A DNA stretch of 64,000 nt, taken from IMG/VR virus record IMGVR_UViG_3300027815_000008; one strand, 5' to 3'. This document shows, piece by piece, positions 30,507 to 39,564 of the stretch; position 1 is the first letter of the stretch; the number at the start of each line of letters is the position of its first letter. The translations under genes were made by a program, and so were the position numbers. Origin of the DNA: an uncultured virus (IMG/VR IMGVR_UViG_3300027815_000008). Taxonomy: Duplodnaviria; Heunggongvirae; Uroviricota; Caudoviricetes. Under the pieces are notes generated by a model that was not told the DNA's origin, did not search any database, and was given only the letters and a program-made list of their open reading frames with translations.

Positions 30507-33025
30507 TGCACCGACATACTAGCACGAACTGGTGTAAGCCCGAAATCCCTCGAGGCTAGCTCCGTACGGGGGAACTGCTCTTTTACGGCATGAATAGGCG
30601 CTCTGGGGTTGGCGGTAGGCTGCACGGGCACGTCGAGTTTGGCCATCAGGCTCTTCAGGTAATCGGCGCCCTTAATGAGAGCAGACACCTGAATGTGCTC
30701 CGCGTCCTCGCCGTACTTCATCGTCGGCGGGAAGAACATAGCCGTCGGGTCCGACTGCTGTATCTGATGTTCGAGGGGCGCATTACCGCTACGTGCCCGG
30801 ATCTCCTGCATAGACTTGAGCCGATAACGTGCTTCGACAGCACGCAGGTAGCCCTTCACGCCCGGGATCTTCTGTCCGACGTATGCCGCGGCCGGTATAA
30901 CCGCACCGGGCAAGGGACTCACGGCGGCTAGGCCCATACCGCCGAGCGTTACCGCCTTTTGTGTCGACATCGGCCTTCGCGCAAGCAACCTGGTCTTGCG
31001 GAGCGCGTTGGCTACCATTCCGGCGTCCTTGAGCATCTCCCCCACGGTGGTCATGCCAATAGGGCGTTCGGGCTCCTGCGGGAAGAAGATAGCAGCGGCT
31101 CGGTCGGCGCCGGCTTTCATCTGGTCGTCCGGGCCGGAGAAGGCTTGTGGGTTGGCTGCACTTGTTCCGGAAAGAGGGCCACCGTGCTCTGCGTGCCACT
31201 CCCCAGGTCTGTGGTACTTCCCACCAGGACCCTCCAGACCCACACCTGTGGAACGCCTACGCAGCTTCAATACCATGTCCATAGCCTTGGACTGCGCTGG
31301 ACCAGGTCGCATCAGCCAGTCCAGGTTTGAGCGGGGATTGGCAGCAGCACCCTGGGGAGGTCCTAGAGCGCCTACCTCGCCGATGTCCACCCCCATAGTC
31401 TTGAGGTAAGCCGTGAGCCCCCTGGCACGCTCCTCGAAGGCTTGGGCGTTGGGGTCAGAGCCGGAGAAGGGCATTGCCTGCTTAGGTAGGGCCTCGTCAG
31501 GGTCGAGGGCACGCCTGGGGGCGGCAGGGTCGGGGTTCTCCCACGGCTTGTACCCGTGCATGAACCAGTCCTGCATCGGCGCCTTCTTGAGGTCCGCCAG
31601 CTCGTCCGCGCTGTGATGGAGCTGCGGCGGGAGTGCGGCGTACATCAGGTTGTTCAGGAGGCTCGGGATGCGGTGCTTCATCGAGTCGATGACACCGTCG
31701 GCCTGCGGATGGTTGCCCAGGTAGCGCACGTCGCGCGCCGCCTGCCCCAGGTTCAACGCGGTGTGCTTGGCGTACTCCTCGAAGAAGGCCGTCTTCTCGC
31801 GCTCCGGGTACGTCTTCCCGAGCCGCATGTACACGTTCTGGATGCCGGGGACCTCGATCCTCATCGGGCCCTTCCACACCGTGCGGGCGAGCTGGTAGCT
31901 TTGAAGTAGCTTCTCGTCTTTGTCGTTGAGGTCCCGCTGCTTCATCAGGCCCACGTACTTATGGTTTCCAGTATGATCCCAAAGTCTACCAACTACCGTC
32001 GCCCTGACTTTGTCCGCGGTATCTCTCTCTTTCTTGTCCAGAACCAACACGTCCCACGGATCCCCGTCTGCAGGGTTCTTGGTTCCGGGTTGAAAGCCCG
32101 TGGCAATTAAATTAATATTCCGGCCCTTCTCAAGCTGGACAGGTACACGTTCCCCAATCCTGGGAGGGCTTAACCGGGGCAGATCGGCGGCGACCTTTGC
32201 GTTCAGGAGGGCCGCCAGCTTCTTCCAGCCCTGCCCCTGGACCTTCTGCGTAATGTCGGTGTTGTACTCGGATCGGGTAACCACCGCAGGCTTGATCTTT
32301 ATGGCGGCGTAGAGCCTCCCACGCTCCTCGTCTGTCAGCCCCTTGGGGGTGTATGCCAACGTGGCGTGTCCCTTGAACTGAGGAAAGGTGAACTTTGCCC
32401 CGTAGGGCTTGAGTACGCCTCTAAGGTCTCTATGGAGCTGCGTGAGGTCCTTAGAGGAGGCCTTGAGCGCAATGACGCCCTGCCCACTCCGGTTGGTGAA
32501 GTCTATTACAGGGCCCAGGTTGAACCGTGTCGTGGCCCCCTTCAACTCTTCTCGAAGCTTGTTCCCTGCCTCCTGCATACGATCGGCATCTACCCGGTTC
32601 GCATAGGCCAACGTGACGTGGGGCTTGTTCCCGCGTGTTTCTGCTTCTGGGAGCACTCTTTTGACGGCACCCTGCAGGTGCTTGTGCCAGTCTTTCATGT
32701 CCGATAGATCCAGGATAACCGAGAGAGTCTTGCCCTGTTGGGCCTTGGATGTTTTCACTATCCAGCCGTTCGCGACCATCTCTCGCTCGATCTCGGCGAG
32801 TTTCTCTACCTCTCTGGGGACCGCTACACTATCAAGAAGCTCGCGAGCTTCCTTTATTGGAAGCCTCTCGTCGAGCCAGACCTCACCACTAGGTACCCAG
32901 GAGTGCGTCTCGTGGTCTGCTATATCCACGAACGCCGGATCAATGCCGTTGCGCACAGCGGTGCCACTCACGTAGAAGGCGTTCTTCTTGAGGCCCGACC
33001 TGCGCTTGTTCAACTTACCAGCCAT
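30503..33025 (-). CDS. Multidomain protein: 2H phosphoesterase + inorganic-pyrophosphatase-like + unknown modules
   Basis: PHVTLAY and GHATLAY (paired HxT motifs); DGDPWDVLVL...DHTGNHK. Confidence 0.75.
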   Translation of the reverse strand: MAGKLNKRRSGLKKNAFYVSGTAVRNGIDPAFVDIADHETHSWVPSGEVWLDERLPIKEARELLDSVAVPREVEKLAEIEREMVANGWIVKTSKAQQGKTLSVILDLSDMKDWHKHLQGAVKRVLPEAETRGNKPHVTLAYANRVDADRMQEAGNKLREELKGATTRFNLGPVIDFTNRSGQGVIALKASSKDLTQLHRDLRGVLKPYGAKFTFPQFKGHATLAYTPKGLTDEERGRLYAAIKIKPAVVTRSEYNTDITQKVQGQGWKKLAALLNAKVAADLPRLSPPRIGERVPVQLEKGRNINLIATGFQPGTKNPADGDPWDVLVLDKKERDTADKVRATVVGRLWDHTGNHKYVGLMKQRDLNDKDEKLLQSYQLARTVWKGPMRIEVPGIQNVYMRLGKTYPEREKTAFFEEYAKHTALNLGQAARDVRYLGNHPQADGVIDSMKHRIPSLLNNLMYAALPPQLHHSADELADLKKAPMQDWFMHGYKPWENPDPAAPRRALDPDEALPKQAMPFSGSDPNAQAFEERARGLTAYLKTMGVDIGEVGALGPPQGAAANPRSNLDWLMRPGPAQSKAMDMVLKLRRRSTGVGLEGPGGKYHRPGEWHAEHGGPLSGTSAANPQAFSGPDDQMKAGADRAAAIFFPQEPERPIGMTTVGEMLKDAGMVANALRKTRLLARRPMSTQKAVTLGGMGLAAVSPLPGAVIPAAAYVGQKIPGVKGYLRAVEARYRLKSMQEIRARSGNAPLEHQIQQSDPTAMFFPPTMKYGEDAEHIQVSALIKGADYLKSLMAKLDVPVQPTANPRAPIHAVKEQFPRTELASRDFGLTPVRASMSVQ

Positions 33026-33377
33026 CCACGATCTCCCAGTCCAGGATCACGAACTCCGCCGGACAACAGCGCTCGGCACAGTTGATCACCCGCTCGCCTG
33101 CAAGGGCTTTGGCATCCACCCGTATAGGCCGCGTGCACTGTGGACAGCCCAGTACACACCACTCCTCGCTGTCCTGGATAAGAATGAGCTCTCCAGGCTT
33201 GAGCGGGGGCGGTATGAAGACGCCCGAGTCTTCTACAGCTACTCGAGTGAAAGTCACGCGCACGCCCAAGGATACCACCTGGAAGGCCGTTGGGTCGACC
33301 GCAAGTCCGTTGGAGGATTCAGGTATAAGACTTTTGGTGTGGCAGTCTCCTTCCTGACCTAAAAAGCGCTGCCACAC
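33015..33377 (-). CDS. Small Zn-ribbon protein (start uncertain)
   Basis: CPQC...CAERCC; overlaps the start of the 840-aa gene. Confidence 0.45.
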   Translation of the reverse strand: MWQRFLGQEGDCHTKSLIPESSNGLAVDPTAFQVVSLGVRVTFTRVAVEDSGVFIPPPLKPGELILIQDSEEWCVLGCPQCTRPIRVDAKALAGERVINCAERCCPAEFVILDWEIVDGW

Positions 33378-33397
33378 CGAACCGTATAGGAGGAAAT

Positions 33398-33724
33398 ATG
33401 GCTATGACCTGTTCTTTGAGGCTGGCGCTCCGGCCGCCCTGCGCGGCGACAATATTCCCCCGGACCGAGGAGCTGTGCAATCGGCTCCAGGTCCAGACGC
33501 CAAAGGGCTTTCGAAGCCCGGGGGACGCAATCGTCTGCTGGCTCTACCCGCCGATTATTACGGAAGTGCGGGCCTTTTACAAGGACAAGGCGCCCCCACT
33601 TCGGGACTGGGTCTGCCCGGCAATGGCCTCTCGGCTGGACGAGGACATGGTGCGCGCATTGCGGGGGCTGGCCCTTCGGGGCCGGACCCACAGCCGTGCG
33701 CAACTTACCGGGGAGGCGAGATGA
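33398..33724 (+). CDS. Hypothetical cargo gene of + strand cassette 1
   Basis: GGTATAAG 33322, leader hairpin, AGGAGG SD, ATG 33398. Confidence 0.65.
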   Translation: MAMTCSLRLALRPPCAATIFPRTEELCNRLQVQTPKGFRSPGDAIVCWLYPPIITEVRAFYKDKAPPLRDWVCPAMASRLDEDMVRALRGLALRGRTHSRAQLTGEAR

Positions 33725-33932
33725 TGACACAGTGTCCGGTGCGGTTTCTGGTCGAGACCTCCGGGCCTATCGACGTCCTCCGCACGGTGCTCCTGCCAGA
33801 GATGGCAGGCCCGCGCGGATAGGATGTCCCCGGAGACAGAGCCGACTTGCGGCGGCTCTGTCAGGTGCATATCGATCTGCCGGTCGGCGGGTCGATTTGA
33901 ACAAGGGAGGATATATGAGTAGGTAGGTGCGC

Positions 33933-33982
33933 GAACAACCTAAGTGGACAGCTTCGGCTACCCCACAAGGCTCTGTTCTTTT
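33933..33982 (+). terminator. cUUCGg-capped 47-nt hairpin, copy 1
   Basis: GAACA/TGTTC, CCT/AGG, GTGG/CCAC, AGC-TTCG-GCT then T run; near-identical copy at 49355. Confidence 0.7.
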
Positions 33983-34034
33983 GCTCTGGAAACCGCAGCA
34001 ATCGAAGTAGTCGCGGATTTCTGGTACAAGTTAT

Positions 34035-34276
34035 TTAGGATGAACCACCACCATCCTTCTGGCTACAAGCCCTTAGGGCACTAGAACCCAAGGTGACTTT
34101 TACGGTGCGTGAGCGGGCTCGGCCAGGGCTCCTCGACGAAAGGTGGCTGCCCCCCTCCTGGGGGCAGAAGCTTGTAGCGCCCCTTGACAGGGGTCTGCAG
34201 GTAGTCGGCGGCGTAAATAATACGCCACCGATTAGATCCGTCAGGCTTAGTCAGCCTGGCGGGTCGTGTTCTTTTT
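34035..34276 (+). ncRNA. Candidate structured non-coding RNA
   Basis: GGTACAAG upstream, six compatible helices, ends TGTTCTTTTT; no convincing ORF. Confidence 0.45.
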
Positions 34277-34293
34277 GCTAGTAGTTTAACCTA

Positions 34294-35111
34294 CTACACA
34301 CCGACGGTTGGCTTCCGGCTCACGAATTCTTCTTTGTACTTACCTTGGTTGCCATGCTCGACGTAGCCGCAGCACATCGTTATCTCCTGCGGGATGTTCC
34401 GGTAGCCATACCAGATGCGCACGATCTCGTGGCCCCGCGGGATCTTGAAGCGCTTCTTGAACTGCACAAAACTCATGATGCCGGGTTTGAGTCTGTACTT
34501 CTTGCCGTTGACGTAGAACAGTCTGGCGCCAACGCCCACTGGTAGCACAGCCATACGGTCCGCTAGAAAGCCAAACAAGCCCGTGCCCCAATTCATACGG
34601 CCTCCTTGAGTTCCTTGGGGACTCGGACGCGCCTCATGTCCTTCAAAGAACTCTTCCGACAGCGTAGGTACCCAACCGTATCTTCGACGTCAACGTAGCA
34701 CTCACCCTCGAATAGTCCCCCACGCATTTCCATCCACACTTTGGGCTCAGCAAGTAGGGTAATCGTCATCCCCGGCATGAAACCTCGGGAACATAGTCTG
34801 TCCAAAAAGTGATCTATGGACATACGAATTACCTCGTCGAGGTGGGCCAGACCAAGTCCGAATTCGGCTCTAGTCTGCCGCCACTGTGGGCTGGCCACCG
34901 TGAGGTACTCGTTCCCGGTTTTTGGATTTATCAGCGTATTATGCTCAGGAAGCAGCTCCAGTTCACTCCGGTGGGCCGCCTGTACGATGTACTGCCGGCT
35001 CAGCTCTTCGGAGAGTTTCAGCTGATAGCGCTGGCTCAGCATTATGATGTCCCAGCCCGGGGGGAACCCATCTTCTGCGGTCACGGTAGGGGGTGCACTC
35101 AACTTGGCCAT
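34294..35111 (-). CDS. Two hypothetical proteins (34294-34596, 34593-35111)
   Basis: ATGA-coupled ORFs. Confidence 0.6.
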
Positions 35112-35195
35112 TTACGTACGTTCCTTTCCTAACTCTGCGAGCTATTCTGGACAGGGCTTGGGGGCTAGGCGCCGTACGCGCCAGCCCCCTGCCCA

Positions 35196-35471
35196 TCAGG
35201 CAACGATGACACTCGCAGCGGTGACCCAGGCTGTCCCGTTCCACCAGAGCGGCGTGCCGTTGGCGCCTTCGTTGGTCGCGAAGTACATGTAGCCCGCACT
35301 CGCTGCAGTCAGGGTAGGTCGTGCAGCTTTGGTGCCCGAGATGCGGAGCACCTTACCTGCAATAGCCACGTCCTGAGCCGCGTCGTTTGCGACATCGTCC
35401 GCCCTGAGCGGGATGTGACCGGTCGAGAGCAACACACCCACACCGGGCGTGTACTGAGGATTTGCTGGCAT
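35196..35471 (-). CDS. Small fibre or decoration-like virion protein
   Basis: SGTKAARPT...GYMYFAT...PLWWNGTAWV fibre-type motif; AAGGAGG SD. Confidence 0.6.
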   Translation of the reverse strand: MPANPQYTPGVGVLLSTGHIPLRADDVANDAAQDVAIAGKVLRISGTKAARPTLTAASAGYMYFATNEGANGTPLWWNGTAWVTAASVIVA

Positions 35472-35517
35472 CTTACGCCTCCTTGGCGAAGTAGTAGTTC
35501 AAACTACTGTTTCGGTC

Positions 35518-37413
35518 CTACGGAGAGTCGGTCCTACGTGGAGGTAACTGCTCCGGCAAGGGACGCGTATCCGCTTGATTCAGCGTCCCCTGCGCACCCA
35601 ACATCTTACGCACCTCGTTAGCTGTACTTGGCATGGTCTGCTGCATCTGCGCTAGCGTATGCTGCCGCTGAGTCGGGTCCATCTGCGAGAGCTGCTGAGC
35701 GTGTGCGTTGAGCATCTTCTGGATAGGAACGACCTGACCCCCGCCCCCATACTGAAGATCCCCTTCCATAGCTTCCTGGTCGGTTGGTTCGTTGGTGATT
35801 CCCGGCGCAAGCTGACCTTGATTGATCTGCTTCATGGCCTCCGGGTCCGTAGTAATGAGCTTGTTGTACTCCTTCTGTATCTCCTGCTGTGCAACTTGAG
35901 CCTCAACCTGGTACTTGCTCTGGATCACCATCATCTTACCCTGGAGCTCAGCGTTGGCTAGCTGTGTGTACTCGTTCATCTCACGCTCGTACTCCATTTC
36001 TTCCCGGCGCTTCTTGCGCTGCTGGGAGGCATCGAACCCGAGCTCTTGCATCCAGTCGTCATCAGACAGCTTGCCGGCAGCATTAGCGTTGGCCAAGAAC
36101 TGCTTGAGCTGCACGTCGTCGGCCATCCGGAGGTTCGCCAGCTTGTAGGTCGCCTCCGGCCAGTCCAGATAGGTCTGCGCGCGCTGTCGAACGAACCCAT
36201 CATTGAACTCATTGATGAAGGCGCGGTAACCCATCATCTCATTCTCAATCATCCTTATACTTATGCTGCTGCCGCTGTATGAAAGACCTCCGAACACAAA
36301 TTCTCGAGGAACGCCCATCCCAGAGACGATCAACTCAGCTGCGGCCCGGATCTCGTTATTCAACAGCATTGGGCGAGCGTCGGCCCCGACGGTATTGGAG
36401 CCTATCTGACTCGGTGCGATAGCAATGTAGTTCGGGTCCCGGATCCATTTCTTGACCTCGGCCTCTATGCGAGAGCGCACCAGACCCAGGTTGTGCCCGG
36501 AGAACTGCGCCTGGTTCTGCTCCGTAGGAAATATCCAACGAAGCGGCAAGATGCGGTTCATAGCCGAAGCTTCTTCGGCTTTTCGCAGTATCTGCATCCA
36601 GTAGGCGTCTTTGATAACCGGCAGGATCAAAGGCAAACCCCACGGCGAGAACGAGAGCCGGCTGTCGGAGATCGACGGCCTCTTCATGTGGAAGAAGTTA
36701 TCCCTCTCGAGCCGGATGCGCTTGCCAAGCTTCGCCGCTGTTATGAACTCTTTCGGAAGTGTAGCGGCAAGCAGCTTCGAGCCGGCAGCCAGCTTGTCTC
36801 GAACCATCCGAGGAATCCGGTGGTAATACTCCGTATCTTCGGTATAGGGGTTGTAATCGATATCGATGGACAGCGGCGGCCATCGAATCAGCTTCAACCT
36901 GTTGTACGCGTGCTTGACCTCCCGGTCTTCAGCAATGAAAGCCTGCGCCTTCTTGCAAGCCGGGCACACACCCCTAAAGTCCCACTGCCCGGTCGCGTTA
37001 AACTTGTAGGTAGCGCCTCTTGCACGCTGTTCAAAGTTACACTCCGGGCATATCAGGTACTTGTCGAATGGGAAGACCATGGAGGCCATCGCGTTCCCAT
37101 AGGCGAAGTAGTCCAGACCCAGAAGCATGTCGAAGTACTTTAGCTTCAGGACCTTCTCGGAGAGCACGGTCCAGTCGTTCTTGATGTTGTCCGTGGCCGC
37201 CTCGACCCGGATATCCGTGATGGGGTAGGAGGAGTACTTCCATATGGTAGGGTATACAGTGGAGTGGGTGAGGAAGATCCGCCTGCAGAGGATCATCAGA
37301 GACTTGATAGACGGCGGGATGTTGAACGTCGCGATGTCGACGTAAGGGTCCGGGTAGGGAACCGCCTGACGCGACGATGCGCCCTTGAAAAACCTACGGA
37401 ACGACGAGCCCAT
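35518..37413 (-). CDS. Portal protein (probable)
   Basis: 631 aa; DYFAYGNA, FHMKRP...PWGLPLILPVIKD, IVSGMGVPREF, helical Q-rich C-terminus; head-module position. Confidence 0.7.
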   Translation of the reverse strand: MGSSFRRFFKGASSRQAVPYPDPYVDIATFNIPPSIKSLMILCRRIFLTHSTVYPTIWKYSSYPITDIRVEAATDNIKNDWTVLSEKVLKLKYFDMLLGLDYFAYGNAMASMVFPFDKYLICPECNFEQRARGATYKFNATGQWDFRGVCPACKKAQAFIAEDREVKHAYNRLKLIRWPPLSIDIDYNPYTEDTEYYHRIPRMVRDKLAAGSKLLAATLPKEFITAAKLGKRIRLERDNFFHMKRPSISDSRLSFSPWGLPLILPVIKDAYWMQILRKAEEASAMNRILPLRWIFPTEQNQAQFSGHNLGLVRSRIEAEVKKWIRDPNYIAIAPSQIGSNTVGADARPMLLNNEIRAAAELIVSGMGVPREFVFGGLSYSGSSISIRMIENEMMGYRAFINEFNDGFVRQRAQTYLDWPEATYKLANLRMADDVQLKQFLANANAAGKLSDDDWMQELGFDASQQRKKRREEMEYEREMNEYTQLANAELQGKMMVIQSKYQVEAQVAQQEIQKEYNKLITTDPEAMKQINQGQLAPGITNEPTDQEAMEGDLQYGGGGQVVPIQKMLNAHAQQLSQMDPTQRQHTLAQMQQTMPSTANEVRKMLGAQGTLNQADTRPLPEQLPPRRTDSP

Positions 37414-37433
37414 CTACGCCACCACTCAAGTCA

Positions 37434-37466
37434 AAGGGGCAGGAGGCTTGTCGTCCCCTGCCCCTT
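37434..37466. terminator. Intergenic hairpin upstream of the portal gene
   Basis: AAGGGGCAGG ... CCTGCCCCTT. Confidence 0.45.
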
Positions 37467-37493
37467 GATTCAGGACCTTTCGTACTAACCTAC

Positions 37494-37883
37494 TCAGGCT
37501 GCAGCGAGTGCGGCCTTCGCAGCTTTCGCTGCCTTCATGCGCCTGTAGAGTGCCCTGCCGCCCCTATAGGCGCCATATAACGCGCCCGCCGCGAGAGCCT
37601 TGCCCTTATGCTTGCCGGCGAAGCGCTGAGCCCTGTCCATGTTCTTCCCGAAACTGGACTTCGGCGCACGTCTGGCGGGGTGTACGACCTTACCCTTGGC
37701 ATGGAGAGTACCGCCCTCCGGAGCGGCCGTCGGGTTGACCTTCGCCTCATGCGCCTTGCGTGCGTTGCGATACTTCTCCCGCTCATTAGCCTGTCGCTTG
37801 GAGGCTGCGCTGCCTTCCTTGATCGTCTGCCGGCTCATCGCTTCCTTGACAAGGACAGCGAATACCAGCTCCTGATTCGTCAT
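37494..37883 (-). CDS. Basic putative internal virion protein
   Basis: ELVFAVLVKEAM N-terminus; K/R/A-rich. Confidence 0.65.
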   Translation of the reverse strand: MTNQELVFAVLVKEAMSRQTIKEGSAASKRQANEREKYRNARKAHEAKVNPTAAPEGGTLHAKGKVVHPARRAPKSSFGKNMDRAQRFAGKHKGKALAAGALYGAYRGGRALYRRMKAAKAAKAALAAA

Positions 37884-37898
37884 CTTAGATCCTCCTAT

Positions 37899-39539
37899 TC
37901 ACTGCCCCAGAGCGGAACTCTGGCGTTGATACTGTTCGTCTCTGAGCGAGAGGTACTGGTACATAGCCAAGATCTGGCTAACCTGCTGGTCGACCGGGTT
38001 ATTATCCGAGTCAAGGGTAGCGGTCCCCTGGGATTCGATCGCTTCCATCAACTTTGACTGTACCATATCTGGGGTAACCGATACATCTTGAAACTGCCCC
38101 GATAAGGCCTGCTGTGCTGCCTCGAAAGGCGGTGCAGCTAAAACCATACCGTGCTCGTGGAGACGCACTGCAATGTACATTACCACGTCCGAGCTGAAAG
38201 GTGCTACGTCGCCCTGCACGAATGGTGAGATCTGCTTCGCGATGGAGACGGCAAAGGCCATCTGCGCAGGGCTGATGTACTCCTCCTGCTCGCGCACGTC
38301 CGGGATCATCCCGTTCAAGGCCAGTGATATCTTCTCGAAAGCCATGGGCATGGTCCAGTAGGCCGGCGATACGATGAGCGCTCTGATGCCCATCAAGAGG
38401 TTCTGGTCCTTCTCCTCCGGGTACTGGCCCAGGGCACGCTTGAACATCTCAAAGGTGGTCTCTGGCTCCCAACCAGGCCATTCCTGGCCCAGTAGCTTGT
38501 CCGCGACATCCTTTACCTTCATGGGATGCAGGTCGGTCATCTCCTCGAAGGTCTCGAGCTCCGGTGCGGCCGGGGATAGAGTAGGCTGGGTCCCAGCATC
38601 GGCCTGCTTGAACTGGCCCATCTTCATGGTAGCTGGGCCTGCCACGGGACCAGAGTCTCCCATAGTACCTGGGGGCAAGAACGACGCGTTGGGGTCTGGT
38701 GGAGGCAGGGGGGGAGGGCCCTGCTCCTGCCCCCCGCCAGCGCCCTGGGGAGGGGCATCAGGCGGGGGAGCAGCCTGTTCTGGGGGCGGAGGGCCTGGAG
38801 GCTGTGGGGCTGCCTGTGGAGGTCCGCCCTGCTCACCCGGCTGGGGAGGCAACATGGCCTGCATCTGTTGGTTAGCCTGCTCGACCTGCTGCATCAGCTG
38901 GGCAACCTGAGCCTTGGTATTGGCGTCCAGAGCCTGGTTCTGTGCGGCCATCTGCTGGATAGCCTGCTGGAACCCGGTCATTCCTTGTTGAACCTGCTGG
39001 AACAGCTGCATAAGCTGTCCCATCTGCTGGCTGATCTGGGCGTTGGTCTGGTTGATCTGGGCCTGGTTCTGCTGTAGCTGGGCCAGGGGAGCCTGAGTCT
39101 TGTCCCCACCGTACGTCCTATTCGGGTCAAAGCCGGAGAGGTCTATCGTACTGCCGGCCTCATTGACGCCCTCGGTGTCCCCGGGCTCGGGTGTCCCCGG
39201 ATCAACTGGAGTAGAACTCTGCGGCACATTCCCGTCAGCGAGCTTCTCAAGCCTCCGGATCTCGACGTCATCTGGGTCTTCTCCAACTACCCGCTGGTAG
39301 TCAGCGGGTACCTCGCCTATTTTAGCGGGTGTAGAGATCGTACGCCGGCCTTCTTTAGCGGCCTGCTTGGCCATTTCCAGCACACTGGGCTCACGCTGAC
39401 GGCCCCCTACGTCTCGTCGCTTGTCGCCCCCTAATCGGCCTCCCGGGTTGACCGACATAGCCGCTTTCAAGAAGCGTTGTTCGGCTACCTGGGTCGCACT
39501 CAAGGTATCTGACTGATCCTTGCTCTTGTCCCTGATCAT
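37899..39539 (-). CDS. Q/P-rich head-associated protein (start probably MIRDK at 39539)
   Basis: Q-rich coiled coil, poly-Pro linker, globular C-terminal domain; KxA motifs. Confidence 0.65.
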   Translation of the reverse strand: MIRDKSKDQSDTLSATQVAEQRFLKAAMSVNPGGRLGGDKRRDVGGRQREPSVLEMAKQAAKEGRRTISTPAKIGEVPADYQRVVGEDPDDVEIRRLEKLADGNVPQSSTPVDPGTPEPGDTEGVNEAGSTIDLSGFDPNRTYGGDKTQAPLAQLQQNQAQINQTNAQISQQMGQLMQLFQQVQQGMTGFQQAIQQMAAQNQALDANTKAQVAQLMQQVEQANQQMQAMLPPQPGEQGGPPQAAPQPPGPPPPEQAAPPPDAPPQGAGGGQEQGPPPLPPPDPNASFLPPGTMGDSGPVAGPATMKMGQFKQADAGTQPTLSPAAPELETFEEMTDLHPMKVKDVADKLLGQEWPGWEPETTFEMFKRALGQYPEEKDQNLLMGIRALIVSPAYWTMPMAFEKISLALNGMIPDVREQEEYISPAQMAFAVSIAKQISPFVQGDVAPFSSDVVMYIAVRLHEHGMVLAAPPFEAAQQALSGQFQDVSVTPDMVQSKLMEAIESQGTATLDSDNNPVDQQVSQILAMYQYLSLRDEQYQRQSSALGQ

Positions 39540-39564
39540 GACGCCTCGCTTTTTACGTACTCGG

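Noticed and set aside
34120..34150. GACGAAA suggesting a hammerhead ribozyme core
   Set aside because: No CUGANGA partner found in a compatible position.
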